Source: a virus
Strand: one strand, 5' to 3'
IMG/VR virus record: IMGVR_UViG_3300030108_003689
Location: 10,613-74,612 of that record
Length of the DNA: 64,000 bases
The position numbers and the translations under genes were made by a program. Positions 56,848 through 63,478 of the stretch are shown piece after piece (position 1 is the first letter of the stretch; each line of letters opens with the position of its first letter). The notes below the pieces were generated by a model that worked only from the letters and a program-made list of their open reading frames with translations, was not told the DNA's origin and searched no databases.

Positions 56848-57433
56848 CCGACCGGCGGGACACTCCCCGCCCCGCTCTTTGACATCGTCAACCGGCTCCT
56901 TGCCAACACCAAGGTTGGAGCCGGCGAAGTGGAGGACATCAACACTCGCCCCCTTAGTTGTAGGGGGGTCGGACTCAACAAACAGTCCCCATCATCTGAT
57001 GACGTACCAGAACCGACCGGGCTCAGCCCTACTGCCACGGCAGGAACATCGGGGATTATCGGAAGCCAGACACCGACAGCGACCCCTGAGGGTAACAACC
57101 TCAGGCTGACCGGGTAGACGGCACTCAGTGAGGGGCTGGCCCATGAGAGCAAGCGAGGCCAGGAAGAGTGAGCGCAACAGCCCCTTTGAACGTGGGGTGG
57201 CGAAGACCGGGAGACAAGACCGGGAGCCAAGCACCGATGTCCGCAACCACTTGGGAATACTCCCTCAACACTCAACCACACTGCCGACTTGGAGGCAGTC
57301 CGGGCAACCCTTCACCCGGTCAATGAACTGGTCATCTCAACGAGGGCATCGGCAGCCGTGGCTGCTGCATGCATGGACCGCCAAACGCTCCCCCCTTCCA
57401 CTCCCGGAATGCAGGGGGGGCGCTGCAATCGTC
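56848..57433 (+). ncRNA. Candidate large structured non-coding RNA
   Basis: No credible ORF/RBS; dense local and long-range stems; bounded by a promoter and a hammerhead cleavage site. Confidence 0.5.
56854..56884 (+). promoter_or_regulatory. Hairpin plus boxA antitermination signal (rrn/nut-like)
   Basis: GGCGGG-acactc-CCCGCC followed by CGCTCTTTGACA (E. coli rrn boxA is TGCTCTTTAACA). Confidence 0.55.
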
Positions 57434-57485
57434 CGGTGCTGATGCTGCACCGCTGATGAGGGCCCACAGCAGGGCCGAAACGATT
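57427..57485 (+). ncRNA. Type III hammerhead ribozyme 1 (cleavage after GUC at 57433)
   Basis: Stem III AATCGT/ACGATT; stem I CGGTGC-TGATGCT-GCACCG; core CTGATGA(+G); stem II GGCCC-ACAGCA-GGGCC; GAAA. Confidence 0.9.
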
Positions 57486-57616
57486 CACATAGCCGTCGCC
57501 GGGGCTCCTCCAGCGTCAGACGAGAGTCGAGCCCTGGCGGGCGGCGGACCTCCCCCGGTTCGCTGCTCCGCCGCTCCGACGGCCAAGCACCTGCAACCCT
57601 CAAACCCAGAGAAACC

Positions 57617-57853
57617 AAGGTTCCCCGGTACTTTCCGGGCAGCACCTGGAACCCGAAACCCGACGCCGGATGGCTGGGGGACGGGCTGAACCTGGAAGGG
57701 TCCACTTTCACCTGGAACCCGAAACGCGATTATTGGGCCTCGAACGCCGGATATCGCGTGGCCGATGGTAGTTTCAAACCGGTAGAGAGCGATGCGCCGC
57801 TGACCCCCTACGCACTGAACCTCGCCATATCGCGCCTCTATTCGAGCCTGTGA
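57617..57853 (+). pseudogene. Coding-like frame lacking a canonical start codon
   Basis: 78 codons with high GC3 and TWNPK repeat; AAG where a start is expected. Confidence 0.35.
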
Positions 57854-57860
57854 GCCTCAA

Positions 57861-58055
57861 CCTGCCCCGACCTGCCCCGACCTTTCCCGCCTTTTTTGGT
57901 GGGGTTAGGGCAGCGATTATCCGGGGATGAAGCTCAACTATCATCGAGCAGGGGGTGAGGTTAGGGCAGAAAGCCCCCAACTTTTTCTCTCTCTCCCCCC
58001 TATGGGGTTCTCCCCCTTGCTCTTCTTTCCCTGAGGTTAGGGCAGGTTAGGGCAG
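57861..58055. repeat. Iteron-like GGTTAGGGCA x4 plus inverted variant x2 around a pyrimidine tract (candidate origin)
   Basis: Copies at 57903, 57959, 58035, 58045; CCTGCCCCGA x2 at 57861-57880; CT tract 57981-58000. Confidence 0.7.
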
Positions 58056-58150
58056 CAGCGAATAACCCAGGTACAACCGTTACTTTCAATCAACCCTGAC
58101 GGTCCAACCGTCAACCCCAACCGGGAGCCACTGGCCCCAACGGACACCCC

Positions 58151-58558
58151 ATGACCATGATTAGCAGCAACATCACCGCCCGGCGACCCACCGGAGTCGG
58201 ACTCCTCCCCTGGCAGGCACGCAGTGACGCCTGGACCGCTCAGATTCACTACCAGGGGCGCAGCATGACCGTGCCGTTTTTCACCGGGTCCGCGCATGCT
58301 CACCCCACAACCTGGGACGTGGTCTACTGCCTGCTCTCTGATGCCCACTATGTGATGTGGGGCCAGACCCTTGAAGAGTTCTGCTCGGACTTCGGGTACG
58401 ACCTTGACGACCCCGACAGCCGCGAAGCGAAGGAGGCCACCGCCACGTATCGCCAGACGGTCAAGCAGACTCGCAGCCTCAAGCGGTTGCTCGGCGATGA
58501 CTTCGAGCGGTTCATGGCCATGGACCTTGAAGAAGAACTGACGGCGCACTGCCAATAA
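58151..58558 (+). CDS. Conserved phage early hypothetical protein
   Basis: VPFFTG...PT..DV..CLLSDA...EEFCSDFGYD.D motif; high GC3. Confidence 0.8.
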   Translation: MTMISSNITARRPTGVGLLPWQARSDAWTAQIHYQGRSMTVPFFTGSAHAHPTTWDVVYCLLSDAHYVMWGQTLEEFCSDFGYDLDDPDSREAKEATATYRQTVKQTRSLKRLLGDDFERFMAMDLEEELTAHCQ

Positions 58559-58566
58559 CCCCCACC

Positions 58567-58582
58567 GGGGGCTTCGGCCCCC
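58567..58582 (+). other. C(UUCG)G tetraloop hairpin (repeated at about 58834)
   Basis: CACCGGGGGCTTCGGCCCC appears after two consecutive stops. Confidence 0.75.
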
Positions 58583-58596
58583 ATTGGATACCCACC

Positions 58597-58818
58597 ATGT
58601 CACGTGTTTACGAAGACTCAAACGGCAACCGCCGAGAGCACGACCTTCGCGGCGTGTACGTTATTCACCGCGACGGTGACAAGGTCACCGGCCACTACAT
58701 CAGCCGCAGCCGTGGTCGCTTTCACATTCACAAGTTCACCAACTGCACACTTGAATCGGTGGTTGAGCAAGCCGAGCGTCTCATTCATGAGCCGCCTGTC
58801 TACTTCCTGACCGCCTGA
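58597..58818 (+). CDS. Early hypothetical protein
   Basis: 73 aa, high GC3, flanked by UUCG hairpins. Confidence 0.7.
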   Translation: MSRVYEDSNGNRREHDLRGVYVIHRDGDKVTGHYISRSRGRFHIHKFTNCTLESVVEQAERLIHEPPVYFLTA

Positions 58819-58871
58819 ACCCCAACCCTCACCGGGGGCTTCGGCCCCTACCCCCTCACACTGGAGCTACC

Positions 58872-59309
58872 ATGTCAGCACTCATCAACGATTCCCACAT
58901 CTTCCTCAACTCAATGGCCCGCTTCGAGCCTGAGAGCCCCCTCGAAGAGGCCATGGGCCGCGACAACTTCGTCGAGATGGACCTTTTCAACGCTATGGCG
59001 CTCATGAGCACCAAACAAAAGGACATCCTCAACGAACTGGCGTTCAGGGGTGCCGAGTTCAGCCTTATCCGGGTCGCTCTTGGTAAGGGACGCGAGCGCC
59101 AGGGCACACTGAGGCTGTGTGTTCAGCGCAGCATCGCCTTCGACTCTGCTCACATCGACATCAGCCCCCGTGGCAAGGTGACCGGGATGGTGTTCGGCCA
59201 CCCATGGGCAACCGACAAGCGGAAGGCGCTGGGCGACGTGAAGGTGAAGAGCCTCCGCGACCTGACCAGCCACTACGGCGAGATGGGCTTGGATAGACTC
59301 GATGACTGA
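58872..59309 (+). CDS. Early hypothetical protein
   Basis: GGAG RBS, high GC3. Confidence 0.75.
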   Translation: MSALINDSHIFLNSMARFEPESPLEEAMGRDNFVEMDLFNAMALMSTKQKDILNELAFRGAEFSLIRVALGKGRERQGTLRLCVQRSIAFDSAHIDISPRGKVTGMVFGHPWATDKRKALGDVKVKSLRDLTSHYGEMGLDRLDD

Positions 59310-59352
59310 CAGTCTCTGGATAGTTCCCGAACAACTCAACCATGGAGACCCC

Positions 59353-59706
59353 ATGCACATGTTCTACCTCACGAGCAGGGCCGATAACACCGGCCCCCTG
59401 CTCGACCTGCTGCCGTCGTTTCACCTGAACAACGACACCCCAGACACTTCCCTGGTGGATGCTGGCTGGCGCTATGCCCAGTTCGCCTACACCGGGGCCC
59501 GTGTGCTGGTCCGGTGGAAGCAGAACCGCCGATGGCTCAACGCCTGGAGCAACTTCGTAACCGACTTCGAGGTCCGCCACGTTGACACCGTGGTTGACTC
59601 GGATGGCGTCATCTGGGCTGGCCTGGGTGAGCCTCACAACCTCAAGCTGTATGCACTCGCCGACCGTGTAGCGGAACGCGAGGGCTATCCCATCCTCTCT
59701 AAGTAG
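59353..59706 (+). CDS. Early hypothetical protein
   Basis: ATG 59353 after GGAG (alternative start 59302). Confidence 0.7.
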   Translation: MHMFYLTSRADNTGPLLDLLPSFHLNNDTPDTSLVDAGWRYAQFAYTGARVLVRWKQNRRWLNAWSNFVTDFEVRHVDTVVDSDGVIWAGLGEPHNLKLYALADRVAEREGYPILSK

Positions 59707-59746
59707 AACCCCCCACCCTCTCTCAAACAAACAGGAGCCCATCACT

Positions 59747-60697
59747 ATGGCTAAGTTCGACCCATACAAAGTAATCGCAGACACCCTCATCGCCTCCATC
59801 GAGGCAGGCACCCTCGCATGGCGCTGCGGCTGGAAGAAGCTGGGCGGCGCACTCGTTCGCCCCGTCAGCGGAGGCAGCGGCAAGCCTTACAACGGCATCA
59901 ACGTGCTGCTGCTCTGGGGCTCTGCTCAGGACCAGGGCTTCTGGTCGCCGACTTGGCACACCTACAAGGGTGCCCAGGGCAAGGGCGGCCAAGTCCGCAA
60001 GGGCGAGAAGGGCACCAAGATTGTGAAGTGGCTGTTCCTGCCCTACAAGGACCCCAAGACCGGCAAGCCCCAACTTGACGCCAACGGTGAGCCCATGACC
60101 TATGCACGGCTCAGGCTGTACACGGTCTTCAATGCCTGCCAGATTGAGTGGGCCGAGGGCAGCGAGCACGCCCCAGGGCCACGGCCTACGGTTGAGGACC
60201 ACGATGGCTCTCAAGCTGGCGACAACTTCGAGCAGGCCAAGGTCATCCTCGATGCATGGGCCACCGAGGTTGAGATTCGCCACGGCGGCGACCGTGCCTT
60301 CTACCGTCCATCGGATGACCACATCCAGTTGCCACTGTTCGAGCAGTTCGAGAGTGAGGCCGAGTACTTCTCGACCGCGTTCCACGAGGCCGTCCACAGC
60401 ACGGGCCACAAGTCCAGGCTGAACCGCTTCAAGAAGGAGCGCAAGGGCAGCTACAAGGATGCCTACGCATTCGAAGAGTTGGTCGCCGAGCTTGGCGCAG
60501 CGTTCCTCTGCTGCGATGCTGGTATCAGCCAGCCTGACGAGCCACGCGCCGACCACGCTGCGTACCTGAGCCACTGGCTCAAGGTCCTCAAGGGTGACCC
60601 CAAGGCCATCGTGTCTGCGGCATCCAAGGCCGAGAAGGCCGCCAAGCTGGTGCTCGCCAAGGCTGACGAGGCCGACCAGCAGATGGCCGCCAAGTAA
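59747..60697 (+). CDS. ardC: ArdC-like antirestriction protein (ssDNA-binding domain + zincin MPTase)
   Basis: GKPYNGINVLLLW, W.TYK.A...GGQVRKGEKG, YTVFNACQ, AFY.PS.D.I.LP, FHEAVHSTGH..RL.R, YAFEELVAELGAAFLC. Confidence 0.92.
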   Translation: MAKFDPYKVIADTLIASIEAGTLAWRCGWKKLGGALVRPVSGGSGKPYNGINVLLLWGSAQDQGFWSPTWHTYKGAQGKGGQVRKGEKGTKIVKWLFLPYKDPKTGKPQLDANGEPMTYARLRLYTVFNACQIEWAEGSEHAPGPRPTVEDHDGSQAGDNFEQAKVILDAWATEVEIRHGGDRAFYRPSDDHIQLPLFEQFESEAEYFSTAFHEAVHSTGHKSRLNRFKKERKGSYKDAYAFEELVAELGAAFLCCDAGISQPDEPRADHAAYLSHWLKVLKGDPKAIVSAASKAEKAAKLVLAKADEADQQMAAK

Positions 60698-60769
60698 TCT
60701 GTGAGAGGGTAGCAGTCCGCGCGGCCTGCTTTATCAAAGCCGCGCCCCCTTCAATCAACAGGAGCAATC

Positions 60770-61228
60770 ATGATCGACACTTTCAACCCCCTTGAGCTTC
60801 AGCGCGTCGAGGTCTACTGGAACCTCCACAAGAACCTGTGGAGCATCCGCAGCACAGCGACTGGCCGCCTGATACCGATACGCCCCCACCGTCAGAACCT
60901 ACACCTGATGTTCGTCAAGTGGGTAGTGCAGCCCGCTGGCCGTGCTCGTGTCCTCCGTGAGGGCCGTAAGAACGTCCATGCCTTCGCCCGTGGCTACCTC
61001 GTGCCTGATTGTGGCACCTTCAATCACTTCATGGTGGATGCTGAGGAGTACGCCGACGCTGACCCGCTCATGTACAACCCCTACAAAATGGACACCTTCC
61101 AGACTGTGGGCACCGGCAAGACGGTGCGCGAGTCCGAGAAGGCCTACCTCGACATGAGAGCAGGCCGCCCCCGCGTGTCCGCTGTTCGCAGCACCCCCAA
61201 CCCTTCACCCTTTGCACAGGAAGCATAA
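60770..61228 (+). CDS. Conserved phage early protein
   Basis: VYWNLHK..WSIR, V..AGR.RVLRE.RKNVHAF..G, YNPYK; AGGAG RBS. Confidence 0.8.
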   Translation: MIDTFNPLELQRVEVYWNLHKNLWSIRSTATGRLIPIRPHRQNLHLMFVKWVVQPAGRARVLREGRKNVHAFARGYLVPDCGTFNHFMVDAEEYADADPLMYNPYKMDTFQTVGTGKTVRESEKAYLDMRAGRPRVSAVRSTPNPSPFAQEA

Positions 61229-61503
61229 TGACTGACAACATCTCTTTCGACCGCACCTTCTGCATGAACCGTCACCACAACGACTGGGAGGAAGCGTGGC
61301 AGACGCTCGCCCGCCACTATTCGAACGCCCGCATGGCTGACAAGGTAAATGCCCCTTGCCCCTTCAGTGGCGAGTCCTGGCAGTACATGGGCAGCTACAA
61401 CAAGCCACAGGGCAACGTCCACACGTTCCGCCATCGCTGCCACCCTGGCATGGATGGCCAGCGCGTCAACGTCCGAGTGTTCATCCGGGGAGGTGAGATG
61501 TGA
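61228..61503 (+). CDS. Early hypothetical protein
   Basis: GESWQYMG...HTFRHRCHP motif; TAATG overlap. Confidence 0.75.
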   Translation: MTDNISFDRTFCMNRHHNDWEEAWQTLARHYSNARMADKVNAPCPFSGESWQYMGSYNKPQGNVHTFRHRCHPGMDGQRVNVRVFIRGGEM

Positions 61504-61907
61504 TTGCCCGATTCAAGGACAGCGTGAACGGCGGCGATGTCGTCGTCCAACTGAAGACCGGCCAGACCCTGCGGCACCACCGCTTCACACCCACCGATGA
61601 GGGGTATGACCGCACTATCATCGAGTGGGAATACGACGGGCACACGGTCACCCGTACCTACTTCAATGAGGGACGCGACTGCGACGGCTACATGTCCAGC
61701 CAGTTCGTCCAGTTCTGCCCTGTGGGCAGGCTTCGCTCGGAGACAGTGAACCGCCCGACTGGTGAACGGTGGGAAGCATTCACCGACTACGACGGCACCA
61801 CTGCCCACGAGTGTGTGACCACCTGGGAAGAGCAACCCGGCTGGCCCGCATGGACCGAGGACAGCCACGAGTACTACGACGCCAACGCTGTAGCCGCTGG
61901 CTACTGA
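61500..61907 (+). CDS. Early hypothetical protein
   Basis: GTG after GGAGG; PTDEGY, GRDCDG, D.NA.AAGY motifs. Confidence 0.75.
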   Translation: MIARFKDSVNGGDVVVQLKTGQTLRHHRFTPTDEGYDRTIIEWEYDGHTVTRTYFNEGRDCDGYMSSQFVQFCPVGRLRSETVNRPTGERWEAFTDYDGTTAHECVTTWEEQPGWPAWTEDSHEYYDANAVAAGY

Positions 61908-61930
61908 ACCCCCCCACCCCTGGAGCCCCC

Positions 61931-62026
61931 ATGACTTGGTACTGCTCTCTTTGCAAAACCTTCAATGCCCTTAACATCCTCCGCTGCCGCTGCTGTGGAA
62001 AGCATCGCGACGACAGCCGCTACTGA
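61931..62026 (+). CDS. 31-aa RanBP2-type zinc-finger microprotein
   Basis: MTWYCSLCKTFN...RCRCCG with GGAG RBS. Confidence 0.55.
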   Translation: MTWYCSLCKTFNALNILRCRCCGKHRDDSRY

Positions 62027-62052
62027 ACCCCCCCACTAACTGGAGAACCGAC

Positions 62053-62466
62053 ATGCCATGGACTGAAGAAGAGAAAGAGCAGCACCGTCAGCAAATGCGA
62101 GATGAGTATGCGAGAATCGCCGCAGAACTGAAGGCCGAGAAGGCGCGAGAGTGGGCGACCATTCCGCCCGAAGTTCTCGAAGTTCACAACGCCCTGACCG
62201 ATAACGCCCGGAAGGTCTACACGGACCCGGAAGAGTACGAGGCGATACGCCCGGTCCACACCTACCCAGAGGACTACTGGGAGGGCTCGGAGCGCAAGTA
62301 CACCGGGGCATGGGTCACCGGCAGTAACTACGAGGACGGCAAGGCCGTCATGGTCTGGAAGGACGGCGCGTGGTTCTACCACTCGACGCGGTCTGGTCAT
62401 CGGCGTCCGATGGAGGGCGGCCACGAAGAGGCGCTCGCGAATGCGTCAATCTTCTGGACTGGATGA
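62053..62466 (+). CDS. Early hypothetical protein
   Basis: GGAG RBS, high GC3. Confidence 0.75.
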   Translation: MPWTEEEKEQHRQQMRDEYARIAAELKAEKAREWATIPPEVLEVHNALTDNARKVYTDPEEYEAIRPVHTYPEDYWEGSERKYTGAWVTGSNYEDGKAVMVWKDGAWFYHSTRSGHRRPMEGGHEEALANASIFWTG

Positions 62467-62485
62467 GCGATGGCCCTTCGGGGCC

Positions 62486-62538
62486 GTGTCGGGGCGTGAT
62501 GCTCGCCCCCTGATGATGACCGAGCACGGTCGAAACAC
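62486..62538 (+). ncRNA. Type III hammerhead ribozyme 2 (cleavage after GUC at 62490)
   Basis: Stem III GTGT/ACAC; stem I GGGGCG-TGATGCT-CGCCCC; core CTGATGA(+T); stem II GACCG-AGCA-CGGTC; GAAA; intergenic. Confidence 0.9.
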
Positions 62539-62556
62539 AACCAACAGGAGCCCATC

Positions 62557-62760
62557 ATGAAGTACCCACCCGGAACCATTTTCACCGTCGGCTATCAACT
62601 CGAAAGCTGCTGGATGGTTATCCACACCAGCAAGGTCGAGGCCCGTAGCAAAGAAGAGGCCGTCAACAAGGTTGCGACTGACGTGCCCCGTTCCTACGGA
62701 CACTACGTCGATCGCATCCAAGGCACCCTTGGCCCCAAGAAGTCTGGAGGTGCGGCATGA
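62557..62760 (+). CDS. Early hypothetical protein
   Basis: AGGAG RBS just after hammerhead 2. Confidence 0.7.
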   Translation: MKYPPGTIFTVGYQLESCWMVIHTSKVEARSKEEAVNKVATDVPRSYGHYVDRIQGTLGPKKSGGAA

Positions 62761-63239
62761 GGCGCGACATCGACACCCTACGCTTCACCTTCCCGGCCCG
62801 CTCGGGCCGACCCATGGATGAAATCCGGTTCGGCCTGGAGGAGAACCTTGTGACGTTCTACTTCCGCCGCACTGGAACGGACACCACCGCGTACTGGATA
62901 GACCGCAAGGGTCTGGACATTGACGACTTGGACTTGATGGTGCTGGACTCAGTGTGCCCCTTGCGTAACCTTGGAGCACGGCAGGCCATCATGGACCTGT
63001 CGCGATACGCCCGCCACCTCCAATCTCAAGGCTTGGTGCAAGTCGGGAACTGTCGTCTCACCATCACTCGATGCGGGACAACCGGCGACCGGAGGTATTG
63101 CATGACCGGCCCGTCAGGGGTTCACACCCTCGACTTCGACAGCACCGACCCTAAACGACTGGAGGCCCACTGGCATGGCTTCCTGCACAATAACGGTTGC
63201 CCTCATTACAGGAGCCAGTGGAAAGCGCCCACTTCCTGA
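62757..63239 (+). CDS. Early hypothetical protein
   Basis: GGAGG RBS, ATGA overlap. Confidence 0.7.
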   Translation: MRRDIDTLRFTFPARSGRPMDEIRFGLEENLVTFYFRRTGTDTTAYWIDRKGLDIDDLDLMVLDSVCPLRNLGARQAIMDLSRYARHLQSQGLVQVGNCRLTITRCGTTGDRRYCMTGPSGVHTLDFDSTDPKRLEAHWHGFLHNNGCPHYRSQWKAPTS

Positions 63240-63318
63240 CCTATGTCCGCGTTTAGAACCCCTCTCGTTCTGTAGGGTGAGAGGCAAACCAAACAACCCC
63301 CGACACACAGGAGCCATC

Positions 63319-63468
63319 GTGAACGACTCAAGAAAAGCAACCGGATCCTTCCGGTTCATCATCGGCAAGCCTTGCAGGTTCTGGACCGACACAGTTGGCA
63401 ACGGCTTTCTCATGGACAACTGGGGCAACCTGCTTCCAGTTCCAAACATCAAAACAATCACCCAATAG
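63319..63468 (+). CDS. Small early hypothetical protein (49 aa)
   Basis: GTG after ACAGGAGCCATC, the same RBS cassette as neighbours. Confidence 0.55.
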   Translation: MNDSRKATGSFRFIIGKPCRFWTDTVGNGFLMDNWGNLLPVPNIKTITQ

Positions 63469-63478
63469 GAGGTGTATC

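Noticed and set aside
56990-57020. CTGATGA resembling a third hammerhead core
   Set aside because: No stem II followed by GAAA and no matching stem I/III; it is part of a short TCATC/GATGA palindrome.
57130-57190. GAGCGCAACAG resembling RNase P RNA or 16S rRNA fragments
   Set aside because: Only a short match; RNase P P4 motifs (GAGGAAAGUCC) and rRNA context are absent.
55605-57980. Many overlapping ORFs from the six-frame track in the GC-rich control region
   Set aside because: Typical GC-rich shadow ORFs with no RBS and low-complexity Pro/Arg/Gly translations; they overlap ribozyme and promoter elements.
57903-58055. TTAGGG as a eukaryotic telomere repeat
   Set aside because: It occurs only inside a 10-mer unit, not as tandem hexamers; the context is a bacteriophage.
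59723-60574. 283-aa minus-strand ORF
   Set aside because: Antisense shadow of ardC caused by high GC3.
60706-60750. Twister, pistol or HDV-like ribozyme identity for the pseudoknot
   Set aside because: It lacks the conserved catalytic sequences and the extra stems of those classes; kept only as a generic pseudoknot.
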